64,000 bases of DNA, taken from contig CBDFFH010000020.1 of the NCBI GenBank assembly GCA_965246715.1, positions 1 to 64,000 of the forward strand, written 5' to 3'. The translations under genes were made by a program, and so were the position numbers. Position 1 is the first letter of the stretch. The number at the start of each line of letters is the position of its first letter. Of this stretch, positions 9,207-19,495 are shown piece by piece. The notes beneath the pieces were generated by a model. That model ran no database searches. It was not told the DNA's origin and worked only from the letters and a program-made list of their open reading frames with translations. The stretch is from Chamaesiphon sp. GTDB lineage: Bacteria; Cyanobacteriota; Cyanobacteriia; Cyanobacteriales; Chamaesiphonaceae.

Positions 9207-9340
9207 CTAAACACTCGACCTGCGATTACGCCTTGAGTCAAATTACTCGATTGTCGATCCGATTCTCTTCGAGTTGTAGGCTTAGATCGATCTTGGACTT
9301 GAGATGACAGCTAAACGCTGATGCTACGATCTAGCAGATC

Positions 9341-9376
9341 GCCAAGTTGTGGGACAACGTTGTCCCACAACTTGGC
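9341..9376. repeat. 36-bp perfect palindrome, parS-like core GTGGGACAACGTTGTCCCAC
   Basis: Same core flanks parAB at 56169-56194 and 58310-58349. Confidence 0.8.
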
Positions 9377-9468
9377 TAGACTATTTTTTCGTTAAATCTG
9401 TAGAAGAGCTTGAAAAATTCAGTGCAAAACCAATTTTTCGATACAATTAAGTCTCTACGATACTCCAA

Positions 9469-10263
9469 TTGTTAATGTCAGATAAATTACCCGAACAAGG
9501 CGATCTCATCATCACCGCTGATAATTATATTTCGATCGGTAATCGACAATCTCAAATCGGGAACGATCGAGGTGCTTTAGCGGCTTACGATCGAGCCGTG
9601 CGTCAAGCTCCTGACTATGCTAGAGCCTATAACTATCGCGGTTCGTTTAGGTATGCGAAATTGCGAGATATTCAGGGTGCGCTGGTCGATTTTGACTCAG
9701 CCGTGCGCTGCGACCCCGATTACGCGATCGCCTATGCCAATCGCGGCTTGCTTAGGTATCAGCAATTGGGTGACATTCCTGGAGCCTTAGCCGATCTCAA
9801 CTTGTCGATCGTCCTCAACCCCCGCGATGCCTCGGTGTATAACACTCGTGGGTTGATTAAATACGCCGAGCTGGAGGATATTGAATATGCTTTGGCAGAT
9901 TACGATCTGGCGATCGAGATCGACCCGAATTTTGCTGCTGCTTATAACTGTCGCGGACTACTAAAAAATGTCAAACTGATGGATATTGCTGGAGCCTTAG
10001 CCGATTACGATCGGGCGATCTCACTCGATCCTCATCTATCAGAGGCGTTCTATAATCGCGGTACGCTCAAGCATCGAGAACTGGGCGATCCGATCGGGGC
10101 GTTGGCTGATTATGACCGAGCCATCGAGATCGATCCTTATCTGGCATCTGCTTATTTCGTGCGGAGTCTGCTCAAGCGGGATCTTTTAAACGACTTGCTA
10201 GGATCTGCGAACGACTACGAGCGGGCGATCGATCTAAATCCTAAGATTATGGAAGATAGCTAA
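9469..10263 (+). CDS. Tetratricopeptide repeat protein
   Basis: Repeated AYxNRG...GALADYDRAIxxDP units. Confidence 0.9.
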   Translation: MLMSDKLPEQGDLIITADNYISIGNRQSQIGNDRGALAAYDRAVRQAPDYARAYNYRGSFRYAKLRDIQGALVDFDSAVRCDPDYAIAYANRGLLRYQQLGDIPGALADLNLSIVLNPRDASVYNTRGLIKYAELEDIEYALADYDLAIEIDPNFAAAYNCRGLLKNVKLMDIAGALADYDRAISLDPHLSEAFYNRGTLKHRELGDPIGALADYDRAIEIDPYLASAYFVRSLLKRDLLNDLLGSANDYERAIDLNPKIMEDS

Positions 10264-10341
10264 AAAAATCAAGCCTTTCAACGTGATTTTCTGCTTTCCG
10301 CCTATTGAAGGTTGTGCTGGTGGATCGGTCGAGGTATCTTC

Positions 10342-10802
10342 AGTTCCACGTAATTACGTGGAACTATACAAATAACCTGAAATTGTTTCTGAATATAGGT
10401 TTCTGGCGATTAATTCTTTCTTTCTTTCTTTGACTTTTGACTGGTGCCAACTATCGCTAGTAGTTTATCTGCTGATTTAGTTCCACGTAATTACGTGGAA
10501 CTATTGAAATGAGCTAAAACTGTTGACAAACAACACTTTCACCGAAATTCTCTTTCGAGAATAGCCAGCACTCGATCGGATATGCTAAGACTATAATTCT
10601 TACTGAGTAAGGATTTAAAGCTAGTGTTTAGTTCCACGTAATTACGTGGAACTAAACACTAGCTAAAACTGTTGCTCAAAGCCATTTAAAGCACAATTCT
10701 AGTCTAGAAATTGAATGAGATCGATCGGGTATGTTAAAGCTGAAATGCTTATTTAGCAAAGACTACAAGTTAAAATTTGGTTCCACGTAATTACGTGGAA
10801 CC
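10342..10802. repeat. Array of four 22-bp palindromes GTTCCACGTAATTACGTGGAAC
   Basis: Cores start at 10343, 10480, 10631, 10780 (spacing 137, 151, 149 bp). Confidence 0.95.
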
Positions 10803-11087
10803 GCGCAAATAACTTATAATCAGCTCTAGCTGTGCATTTCCGGCAATTAAGACCTTAACCGCTGCCACCTGTTCTGGTGCAACAGAGACGGTGCGGGATT
10901 TATATTTTCCATCTGCTTGCTTCTCCTTGTATGTTAGTTGCCAAAACCAATGCTCGACATTTTGGGGATCTCGATCTCCAGGGACGAGGGGATATTCTTT
11001 GGTTTGTCCGTTCTGTAACTGTTTTTTCTTGGTGCGTTGATAGAGAGTTCCGCTTCGACCGGGTACTCGATCGCCACGAATTTTCAT
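10791..11087 (-). CDS. Small basic hypothetical protein, possibly DNA-binding, ending in the fourth palindrome
   Basis: 98 aa, Lys/Arg-rich, YPLVPGDRDPQNVEHWFWQLTY motif; stop TAA is in the palindrome centre. Confidence 0.65.
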   Translation of the reverse strand: MKIRGDRVPGRSGTLYQRTKKKQLQNGQTKEYPLVPGDRDPQNVEHWFWQLTYKEKQADGKYKSRTVSVAPEQVAAVKVLIAGNAQLELIISYLRGST

Positions 11088-11201
11088 TTATAATAAAAGA
11101 GAAATTATTAATTGATTTATGAGTGGTGATTAAGCGATCTCCACTCTATTTATTTTATCAGAAATTAAGCTAAGGCTCTATAGTGTTAGTCTTTGAAATA
11201 T

Positions 11202-12616
11202 GGTTCTACCGAACTTACTATGCTAAATCAAGGATTGAAATGCCATGCTAGCAAACTTCTGATCTGAAAATTCTCAAAATTTCTAAACCCATATCCCATT
11301 CTTTTTATTAGCTTGAGTTTATTGTTAATTCCTTCGACGACTCCTTGAGTTGTTCTATTATCAAAATAGGCAATTATTTCACCAATCCATCTTTTAATAG
11401 TTCCACAACTCTTGGGGAATTTCCCACAAGCATTCTTGAGCCAGTCACACAAGCTTATTAGCCCATTTCCCCAATCTGTTTTTGATTCAAATATATCTCT
11501 AAATAACTCTTTTGTTTTGTGCATTGCTGCTAATTCTGGAAAAACGTCTCCAATCTCTTTCAACTTCTCTTTTTGCAATTCATTCAAATCCGCTTCGTTT
11601 TTGAGTATTGCATATTTACTGTGAGTTAATGCTGCTAATTTCTTGTTCTTTTCATCTTTGTTCTTCACCCTCTCAGCCTCTCTTTTGATTTTAATTCTCT
11701 CTCGATCTAACTCTTCATTTATCTGTTTCATTACATGAAATCTGTCTCCAACCACTTCAGCATTTGGTATCAATTCATTTACCAGACTTTTGTATGATGA
11801 AAATAGATCGATACTTACTTCTGTAATTTGGTTCAAAACCTCCGAACCCCAAGACTTCAAGCACTCACCAATACATTCTTGAGTCCTTTTTGGTAAGATG
11901 GCTATTAACTCTCTTTTTTCTAGATCTACTAACACCGCACAATAGTTTTTTTGCCCTTTAACAAAGGCAATTTCATCAATTCCTAGTCTGGTTAAATTCT
12001 CTGGCTTTTTTTGCACTAGATTTACCCCAGCTTTTTTGATTATTGTCTCCACTTCTTGCTCACTTAATCCATTTCTTTTGGCAACACTTTTAATATCACT
12101 AGCTAGACTCTCTTCGACAATCTTCTGCTTCATTCGCTCGGTGAAATGACTTCTCTTTTTGATGAAATTTAATTCCTCACTGAATTTTCGACCACAACTC
12201 ATACACTTGAATTGACGACGATTAATTTTAAGGTAAACATCATGTTCACCGAATGGTAGATCTCTCACTGTTAATTGGTGATTCTCATGAAGTTTATTAC
12301 TTTCAGTTCCACAATGAGGACACACTGCTTTTAATTGCTGATTTTCTAGATAAATAAAATAACCGATTTCATCTAAGATCTTATAAGCAGTGACGGTCAT
12401 TCCGTCGATATTAAGAATTTCATTAATGGTTTTTAGTTGCGATTTGGATGACATAATGCAATTCAAGCTTATTTGTTGCCAGAAATCAAGATCTTACTAT
12501 TCTATAATAAAATCTGTCATTTATGCTGCACCAAGCTTCCATAACTCAAAATTATCAATTTTGTCAATTAAACTTGATTCTTATCCACTACTTAGCATAG
12601 CAAGTTCGGTAGAGCC
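11202..12616 (-). mobile_element. ISL3-family insertion sequence, 1415 bp
   Basis: TIRs GGTTCTACCGAACTTACTATGCTAA / TTAGCATAGCAAGTTCGGTAGAGCC; 8-bp TSD TGAAATAT (11194-11201, 12617-12624). Confidence 0.95.
11228..12466 (-). CDS. ISL3-family transposase
   Basis: CPHC...CMSC zinc finger, GIDEIAF, DRFHV, EGINNKLKLIKRMGYGFRNF. Confidence 0.95.
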   Translation of the reverse strand: MNCIMSSKSQLKTINEILNIDGMTVTAYKILDEIGYFIYLENQQLKAVCPHCGTESNKLHENHQLTVRDLPFGEHDVYLKINRRQFKCMSCGRKFSEELNFIKKRSHFTERMKQKIVEESLASDIKSVAKRNGLSEQEVETIIKKAGVNLVQKKPENLTRLGIDEIAFVKGQKNYCAVLVDLEKRELIAILPKRTQECIGECLKSWGSEVLNQITEVSIDLFSSYKSLVNELIPNAEVVGDRFHVMKQINEELDRERIKIKREAERVKNKDEKNKKLAALTHSKYAILKNEADLNELQKEKLKEIGDVFPELAAMHKTKELFRDIFESKTDWGNGLISLCDWLKNACGKFPKSCGTIKRWIGEIIAYFDNRTTQGVVEGINNKLKLIKRMGYGFRNFENFQIRSLLAWHFNP

Positions 12617-13028
12617 TGAAATATTAGCGATCGCAACTTTGATAAATATATTTATCGATAGATATTCAACTTTAGATGTAATCTGAATCGCTCGATCTTT
12701 ATTTGCGAAAAATCACCCCAGCAGCGATGAAATCCTCAACTGAGATTGCTAATTTACCATCTACCTCGATCGTCTGAAAATCACTAACCCTTCTGCCTTT
12801 CCTGACTCGCTCTCGATGGTTGCTAATTAGTCGCTCCGAACGATCGATATCATCATCGCGATCTCCTTGACTCTACTGTTGGGATCGCCAATCCCAGTCT
12901 GTAGATCTAAGTTCGCGAGCCGATTTCAACCATTAGATTTCTCGCACCATATCCAACCGTTGGCGTAGCCTACCGGAGGTAATCGATCGAGCATTGCCGC
13001 TGTTTCTTACGATCGCAACACATTCTTG

Positions 13029-13934
13029 CTACAACATGCGAAATTGCTTGGGTGAAATCCCCGTATGTCTCTGAAAATGCTTGGCAAAGTGACTGGGATT
13101 GGCAAACCCACACGCAAGCGCAATATCGAGCATCGTGCATTCTTTGTGCTTGAGTAATTGCTTCGCTCGCTCGACTCGCTGCTGAATCAAGTAGGCATGA
13201 GGAGTCATTCCCGTTGATTGCTTAAATAATCGACAAAAGTAGTATTGGCTGATTCCTAGTTCATCTGAAATTGCTGCTAATGATACATTCTCGCTCAGGT
13301 GAACATTCATATATTCAAGGGCTTGCTTCAGTTTGTACTTGCATAAGCCATCTTCATATTCTGGTAGAACATACTTGCGCGTTGAGTAATTTCTCAACAG
13401 ATGAGCTGCTAGAGCCGTTGCCATTGACTCTGCATAGAACCAACTATTCGTTGCATCTGTTTCTAATACTGTTTTCAGGGTGAGGACAATCTGATAAACT
13501 AACGGATCGGGCATTGATAGCGTTGGCTTCAGTTCTACTCGCTCTGGATTTGCGGATTCATAAGCAGCATGAGCTAGAAATGTCGGATCGAGATAGCAAT
13601 GAGTCGTTTCTGCTGCCTGACTCGCCCGCACTCTTAGTGATGTATGAGCAGGCATCACCTCAATGTAGCCGATTTCATTTGGAGCGTGCTGCAACAGATA
13701 CCGCTTTCCGTTAGCAACCATCTCCACTTCTGTGGGCTGTTTCCAAGATGGCACAGAGATGAAGTGCTGAAGATTTGTTGTTTCAGGAATTTCTATTGCA
13801 GGTAGTTGATAGTGTGCGATCTGAATATTTTTCCATCCTGCTTGTTGACTGGAATGAATGCGTGAACGTGGAATAAACGCTGGAGTTGAATCTGGTTGAG
13901 AATAATCGATCTCTAAAGGTTTTGCTGTTGGCAT
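13029..13934 (-). CDS. AraC-family transcriptional regulator
   Basis: C-terminal double HTH: FCRLFKQSTGMTPHAY...IALACGFANPSHFAKHF. Confidence 0.95.
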   Translation of the reverse strand: MPTAKPLEIDYSQPDSTPAFIPRSRIHSSQQAGWKNIQIAHYQLPAIEIPETTNLQHFISVPSWKQPTEVEMVANGKRYLLQHAPNEIGYIEVMPAHTSLRVRASQAAETTHCYLDPTFLAHAAYESANPERVELKPTLSMPDPLVYQIVLTLKTVLETDATNSWFYAESMATALAAHLLRNYSTRKYVLPEYEDGLCKYKLKQALEYMNVHLSENVSLAAISDELGISQYYFCRLFKQSTGMTPHAYLIQQRVERAKQLLKHKECTMLDIALACGFANPSHFAKHFQRHTGISPKQFRML

Positions 13935-14053
13935 TTGGCTCTTGTCCTTCTAATATCTACCATAATTTTATAGTACCGATCTCTAGATCTATTATTTTTT
14001 AGCCGAACGCGCTTTTCTCACCCCCAAGGGTGGTCGAACTAGCGGAATGTGGG

Positions 14054-14959
14054 CTATAACATGCGAAATTGCTTGGGTGAAATCCCCGTATGTTTGTGAA
14101 AATGCTTGGCAAAGTGACTGGGATTGGCAAACCCACACGCGAGTGCAATATCGATGATACTGCTTTCTTTGTGCTTGAGTAATTGCTTGGCTCGCTCGAC
14201 TCGCTGCTGAATCAAATACGCATGAGGAGTCATGCTAGTGGATTGCTTAAATAATCGACAGAAGTGAAATTGGCTGATCTGCACTTCATCTGAAAGGGTG
14301 GCTAATGACACGTTCTCACTCAGATGAGCATTGATGTATTCCAGGGCTTGCTTGAGTTTGTACTTGGGTAAGCCATCTTGGTATTCTGGGAGAATGTGCT
14401 GGCGGGTCGAGTAGTTTCTCAACAGATGAGCTGCTAAAGCTGTTGCCATTGACTCTGCATAGAAGCAGCTATTTGTTGCATCAGTTTCTAATACAGTTTT
14501 CAGAGCTAAGACAATTTGACAGACTAGCGGATCGGGCATTGCTAGCGTTGGCTTCAGTTCTACTCGCTCTGGATTTGCGGATTCATAAGCAGCATGAGCT
14601 AGAAATGTAGGATCGAGATAGCAGTGAGTTGCTTCCCCTCCTTGACTCGACCACACTTTAAACGGGACATCAGCCGGAAGCATTTCAAAAAGACCCTTGT
14701 CCTGTCGATCGTGTTGAGATTGATACCGCTTGCCATCAACGATCCGATCTACTTCAGTTAATTGATTCCAAGATGGCAACGAAATGAGGTGCTGAAGACT
14801 GATTATTTCAGGAAAGTCCATTGCCAGCAAGTGATAGTGTGCCAGATGAATATGTTTCCATCCTGCCTGCTGGCTGGAGTGAATCAATGGGGGCGGAGAA
14901 AACATTGATGTTGAATCTTGTTGAGAATAATCGATCTCTACAGATTTTGCTGATGGCAT
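14054..14959 (-). CDS. AraC-family transcriptional regulator (tandem paralogue)
   Basis: Same length and near-identical HTH half as 13029..13934; divergent N-terminal sensing domain. Confidence 0.95.
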   Translation of the reverse strand: MPSAKSVEIDYSQQDSTSMFSPPPLIHSSQQAGWKHIHLAHYHLLAMDFPEIISLQHLISLPSWNQLTEVDRIVDGKRYQSQHDRQDKGLFEMLPADVPFKVWSSQGGEATHCYLDPTFLAHAAYESANPERVELKPTLAMPDPLVCQIVLALKTVLETDATNSCFYAESMATALAAHLLRNYSTRQHILPEYQDGLPKYKLKQALEYINAHLSENVSLATLSDEVQISQFHFCRLFKQSTSMTPHAYLIQQRVERAKQLLKHKESSIIDIALACGFANPSHFAKHFHKHTGISPKQFRML

Positions 14960-15383
14960 TCGGAGCTTGTCCTGCTAATATCTACCATAATTTTATAATA
15001 TTGATTTCTAGATATTGGTGCAGGATGTGACACAAACCTGACTTTTTGAAAAAGTTGGATTTGTATCACCAGTTACCTCGATCCAGTTCGATTTGCCCGT
15101 GGCACCTCTACACTATCGGATGAATCGATCGACGGATCGAGCAGCCTGAAAAAGCCGATCTGCTCGGAGTGAGTATTTAAAACATCAGCACCAACTAACT
15201 TGATATTTCTTTACAAGATATTGAGAAAATAACTTACTTTTTATCACTTTTACTTACTGCTGACTTGGATAGACAAATGCTACTTTTCTTAGTATCGAGA
15301 TTTTTGGGCACTGTACTTACAAGCGCATCTGTGACTTCAAGCGTAACTTCAGGCATTTTGACCCAGCAGTTTCGGATAATTTA

Positions 15384-15416
15384 GCAAGAACGTGTTCCGA
15401 TCGCAAGAACGTGTTC
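15384..15416 (+). promoter_or_regulatory. Tandem direct repeat GCAAGAACGTGTTC x2, probable AraC operator
   Basis: Copies at 15384-15397 and 15403-15416; a similar pair follows the stop of AraC 13029 on the minus strand (13003-13029). Confidence 0.55.
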
Positions 15417-15490
15417 GATTCAAACTGGCAGAGGCGACTAAAGTGATGACATTATTCGGCGAAGATTAATTACTATCGGCTAGCAAAACT

Positions 15491-16153
15491 ATGAATGGCA
15501 ACTTGCCCCTTTTTCTAGTGATTGAAGATCATCCCGAAGTCTGTCAAAATAACTGTGAATTTTTGCGGACGATCGCCCCTGAGTGTAGCTGCATTAGTGT
15601 AGATACGCCGGAAAAAGGTGCCGAACAACTCAAACAGGCAATACCCGATTTGGTAGTGGTCGATTTACAGTTTGGGATAATTGGGGGCGCACAGTCAGCA
15701 AAGCCTGGTTTGGCACTTTTACAACAGATCTTTGAATACTACCCCACGGTAAATATCCTCGTTTATACGAGCGAACCAAATTGTTTGAGGCAAGCGATCC
15801 CGCAGATTGGTAAACACCAAGGGGGTTTTGTAGTTGTCAATAAAATGGAAAGACGCAGTGCTTTTCTAGAGGGAGTTCGCAGTGCTTTAGATGGGCAACT
15901 TAAAGTTCATCGAGAACTGATGAAAGACATGCCATTGACTCAGCAGGATTTAGAAATTCTAGATTTATTATGCAACCATGCTCTCACCGACCAAGCGATC
16001 GCGCAACGGTTGCACGTATCGATTAAAACGGCTCAAAACTACGTGCAGCGACTCAAGACTAAGTTGAACGTAGAGCACGAGGACGGGCAAAATGTAAATC
16101 CCCGTGTGGCTGTTTGCATGGCAGCGATCGGACGGAAGTTGCTCGTTTGTTAA
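15491..16153 (+). CDS. NarL/LuxR-type response regulator
   Basis: Receiver (IEDHP, VVVDLQ, VYTS, NK) plus C-terminal HTH (LTDQAIAQRLHVSIKTAQNY). Confidence 0.9.
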   Translation: MNGNLPLFLVIEDHPEVCQNNCEFLRTIAPECSCISVDTPEKGAEQLKQAIPDLVVVDLQFGIIGGAQSAKPGLALLQQIFEYYPTVNILVYTSEPNCLRQAIPQIGKHQGGFVVVNKMERRSAFLEGVRSALDGQLKVHRELMKDMPLTQQDLEILDLLCNHALTDQAIAQRLHVSIKTAQNYVQRLKTKLNVEHEDGQNVNPRVAVCMAAIGRKLLVC

Positions 16154-16178
16154 AACCGGATTTGGGATGATTTGAGTT

Positions 16179-18281
16179 TTAGATGTCATTAGCAGTAGCT
16201 GCCAATTTCCACTCAAGTCTTACCTGCATTCCACCAGCAGCTAAAGGCAATCTTGCCCAGTCTCCATCTGGTAGTTCGGCGGCAATAGTAGCCATGAGTT
16301 TAGTCCCGTAGCCCCCAGAGCGCGCTCGCCTAGTGGTGGCTTCTGGAACCAGTGGCTCGGTGGCATCATTTTCGACAATTAAGGTACATCGGTTTCCCGA
16401 CTGAGATAAGCTCACTGTCACTCGCCGCGCCGTTCCATTTGGCGGTTGAGCGTGAGAGATGATATTGGCGATCGCTTCTTTAAAAAAGCGGAAAATATCT
16501 TCGCGGGCATCGATCCAGTTACTATCTTCAGGTTCTCGTAGCGGTTGCAAGTAACTTTTAACTTCGAGCGTTAGTTCGCCAGTAGTAATTAATTGTTGCA
16601 GCAGTAACTCAATTCCTTTGTCCAATCCGGCTTGCAATTGGGGAGTAATTTCCAGTTTCTCAGCCAGGGTGCGAGTATTGCGTAACTGGTCGCGCAAATC
16701 TCGCCCGACACCTTCTAAGCGATCTAATAAAGGGTCGGGATTGAGAATTGGATGTTTGAGGGCTAAAAGTTCGATCCCATCCATCACTAGCTTAAGTTCT
16801 TGCAAAGGGCCGTCATGAATGTCGGAGGCTACCCGATGCAGTAGCTTCCGCGCCTGCAAGAGAACTGCTTGGCGTTCGGCTAGTGCTTGTCGCTGCTTGG
16901 TTAGCTGCTGTTGTTTTTGCCACAGTAGCAAACAGGTAGCTACCGATCCCCCCGTTCCCAGCCAAGTTAAAATTGGTGCGGCTAGCGGTACGATCGATCC
17001 TTTTTGAAACAATAGTATACTCAATCCCATGTAAACTCCGATCGCTCCCAGAGCCAGCCCAATTCTGGCATAAATGTCCCGATATTTAGTTTGAGTTACG
17101 GACAATGACGCTAAGAAGCTAAAAAAGACGGCACCGAGAGTGGAAATCGTCCAATTCAACCAATCAGGTGAAGCTCTCAAAAAAGAATCGGTCATCAGAT
17201 TGCCAATTAAATTAGCTTGCACCTCTGCTACCGACAGGCGATCGCCAAAAGGAGAAACCATCCCTGTTGAGGCTAGATATTCTGGGGGTAAATCGATCGC
17301 TACCAATTTGTTATGAATTTTTTGATCTGCTAATTTAGTTAGCGGAACGCTACATCGATCTAACTGAGTTTGAGTGAGCAGGCAAAGAGATGAGATATTG
17401 AGGCGAGGAAAAGTCCCAGCAGAACCGTAGAACTTAATCCCGATAGTAGTTGGATAGATGCAGGTAATGTCTCGACAATTTTTGGGCTTGGTGCGTTGGC
17501 GGAGCCTCTCTGTTCGCGGAGCGTCTGCCTCAGCAGAAAGAGAATCGATAGCACTAGTTTTGCCGATCGAACGAGCGGAAAACTTTTCCCAGGCTAGCAG
17601 GGCAACTGACTTTAATTGATGGGTTTGCTGCCAGTTTTCTACATAAACAAAGTTACCAGCTAAATGAGCTTGACGAGCCGGACTGGTTAAATTCGAGAGG
17701 TCAGTTTCATACTCAAAAAATCCATCTACTCGTTCTGGAACTACTAAAGGTTGAATTTTTTGGTTGTCGAATGGCAAAAGATGATAATAGAGCGATAATG
17801 CCGAAGGAACCGAGCTAGTGGTTTTTTTTGTATAAGTAACTAAGACGATGCGATCGGGGTATTTCTCGATTAACTTTTTGAAAGGGTTTTCCAAACTGCT
17901 ATCGAGCGGTCGTCTTAAGGAATAAGGCAAATTGATCGCGACAACTTTAGCTTTGGCGGCAATCAGGCGAGCGACTAAATCGGTGTAGAAAGCGTGTTCT
18001 GGTTTAGCAATAGCGCGATCGATCGTAACTAATAAAATTTCCTGGGGTGGAGCTTCAACTTGGTGCAGCCGCGTCTGACTATCTTGAATTAAGAGTTCTA
18101 ATTTTTGAACGACAGGTACTCGGTTACAGATCGTCCCCAACAGCAGACTCCAGACTAGACCCAAGCTCATGCCTGCGATTTGTCTACGGTGGAGAATTTT
18201 TAATCTTTTTGCCATCACTTTTGGATCTGGAGGCGATAGAAGACGATTTGCTGGGGATAGTACTGCTGCAAATTCACGCAC
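16179..18281 (-). CDS. CHASE2-domain sensor histidine kinase (HisKA_3-type)
   Basis: N-terminal TM, CHASE2-like region (EILLVTID...AEVQANLI), three TMs, H-box ASDIHDGPLQ, KEAIANIISHA, GGYGTKLM; true start may be MAKRLK. Confidence 0.85.
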   Translation of the reverse strand: MREFAAVLSPANRLLSPPDPKVMAKRLKILHRRQIAGMSLGLVWSLLLGTICNRVPVVQKLELLIQDSQTRLHQVEAPPQEILLVTIDRAIAKPEHAFYTDLVARLIAAKAKVVAINLPYSLRRPLDSSLENPFKKLIEKYPDRIVLVTYTKKTTSSVPSALSLYYHLLPFDNQKIQPLVVPERVDGFFEYETDLSNLTSPARQAHLAGNFVYVENWQQTHQLKSVALLAWEKFSARSIGKTSAIDSLSAEADAPRTERLRQRTKPKNCRDITCIYPTTIGIKFYGSAGTFPRLNISSLCLLTQTQLDRCSVPLTKLADQKIHNKLVAIDLPPEYLASTGMVSPFGDRLSVAEVQANLIGNLMTDSFLRASPDWLNWTISTLGAVFFSFLASLSVTQTKYRDIYARIGLALGAIGVYMGLSILLFQKGSIVPLAAPILTWLGTGGSVATCLLLWQKQQQLTKQRQALAERQAVLLQARKLLHRVASDIHDGPLQELKLVMDGIELLALKHPILNPDPLLDRLEGVGRDLRDQLRNTRTLAEKLEITPQLQAGLDKGIELLLQQLITTGELTLEVKSYLQPLREPEDSNWIDAREDIFRFFKEAIANIISHAQPPNGTARRVTVSLSQSGNRCTLIVENDATEPLVPEATTRRARSGGYGTKLMATIAAELPDGDWARLPLAAGGMQVRLEWKLAATANDI

Positions 18282-18562
18282 AAATCTTCGTCACATTCTT
18301 CGATTTGCCAGTTACCAGTAGGAGTTTGAATCGCTCCATTCAAACGAGGATTTCTCAATATTTTACCTGCTAATGGTGGGCCAGAAAGCGATCGCACCTG
18401 TTCGCCCTCTATTTCTAAACGTAATTTCACCGAACCTCCTTGTCCGACTCCACTAATCACCCGTCCATTACCTGCCCAGATTTGGCTGGCATTGGCTGGA
18501 AAGCTTAAGAGACTTAAGATCAAGCAGGTTTGACCGAGTGGGTGGGAGGAAAACAGACCCAT
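18215..18562 (-). CDS. Small secreted protein upstream of the kinase
   Basis: AGGAGG RBS, signal peptide ending PANA. Confidence 0.7.
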   Translation of the reverse strand: MGLFSSHPLGQTCLILSLLSFPANASQIWAGNGRVISGVGQGGSVKLRLEIEGEQVRSLSGPPLAGKILRNPRLNGAIQTPTGNWQIEECDEDLCVNLQQYYPQQIVFYRLQIQK

Positions 18563-18620
18563 TAATTAAATCCTCCTGAAATAGTCAATTAGGGAGATTA
18601 GCGATCGCCCCTTAGTAATA

Positions 18621-18765
18621 GGGAAGCATTTTCTACTTTAGCTGATGTGGCGATCGAAAAACTTGCGCGAACCCGCAAGTTTATGTGCGTGAATTCCTCT
18701 ATCTTTAGCCAGAAGAAGCATGAACAATACATATATCAACCAATTCAAGCAAATGACTAGAGCTT
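18621..18765 (+). promoter_or_regulatory. Conserved upstream element, copy 1
   Basis: GATGTGGCGATCGAAAAACTTGCGCGAACCCGCAAGTTTATGTGCGTGAATTCCTCTATCTTTAGC...; near-identical copies at 24872 (+) and 35359 (-). Confidence 0.8.
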
Positions 18766-18882
18766 TTGTATCTAACACTTAAGCGATCGAGCTTGTGTCA
18801 TCACTTAATTAATAGCAAGTCAATTTGTATCGAGCATACATTGAGATTTAGTAACTTTTCTAAATCACTAAGGAGCAACCCC

Positions 18883-19329
18883 ATGTACAAAATCATTAGA
18901 GCAACACTTTTGGCTACTTTTGTTACCTTGCTAGGGTCTTGCCCAGCAAACATTTTTTTAATTCCCTCTGCGTCAGCCCAATCTGGGATAGATAGTATCG
19001 CTGATATGGCTTTGAAGATTAGATCGGGCAGAACTTTCACAGTGACCTTTGACCAAGTAGGTAACAAATTTGACGATTCTCCCTGGGGAGGAACGACAGA
19101 CCCTATGGGTACGTTGAAAGCTGGAGAAACTTACGAAGTTAAATATTTTGATGGTAAATACACAACTCGCGGCCTTAACGAGGGTTCGGGAAAGGTGATG
19201 ACTGCGACCTACGGTGGTGCAAAGCCTGAAGAAGGAAAAATTTCACTCTGGGGGCGTATATACACTTTCAATGCTTGGGGATCTGTCACCGATCCTGAGT
19301 TTGGAGTAGTAGGAACTCTCCGGTTCTAA
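18883..19329 (+). CDS. Secreted hypothetical protein, paralogue of 33775..34239
   Basis: AGGAG RBS, signal peptide ending SASA; shared TDPMGTLKAGETY and ISLWGR motifs. Confidence 0.8.
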   Translation: MYKIIRATLLATFVTLLGSCPANIFLIPSASAQSGIDSIADMALKIRSGRTFTVTFDQVGNKFDDSPWGGTTDPMGTLKAGETYEVKYFDGKYTTRGLNEGSGKVMTATYGGAKPEEGKISLWGRIYTFNAWGSVTDPEFGVVGTLRF

Positions 19330-19495
19330 TTGTAGAACAGTATTTTTCTGTGTGCATCAGCTAAGCGATCGCTCCTTGGTAATAGGGAGACATTTTCCAC
19401 TTAAAAACTTGCAGGTTATTGCAAGTTCTTCAAAAAGCTTACGTAAATCTATCAAAAAGACGGGCATTAGGATTGTTATAGATAAAACGAATGAT

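Noticed and set aside
10619..10664. 46-bp palindrome as a protelomerase telomere site
   Set aside because: No protelomerase-like gene is recognisable and the core is repeated four times, unlike a single telRL site.
10342..10802. Palindrome array as a CRISPR array
   Set aside because: Spacers are 115-129 bp and partly homologous to each other, repeats are fully palindromic, and there are no cas genes in the window.
12390..12686. ORFs 12390..12686, 27128..27412, 11412..11624 and 26150..26362
   Set aside because: Antisense shadows of the ISL3 transposase and its end.
12690..12950. Degraded AraC target gene downstream of 13029
   Set aside because: Only short broken fragments; no product can be supported.
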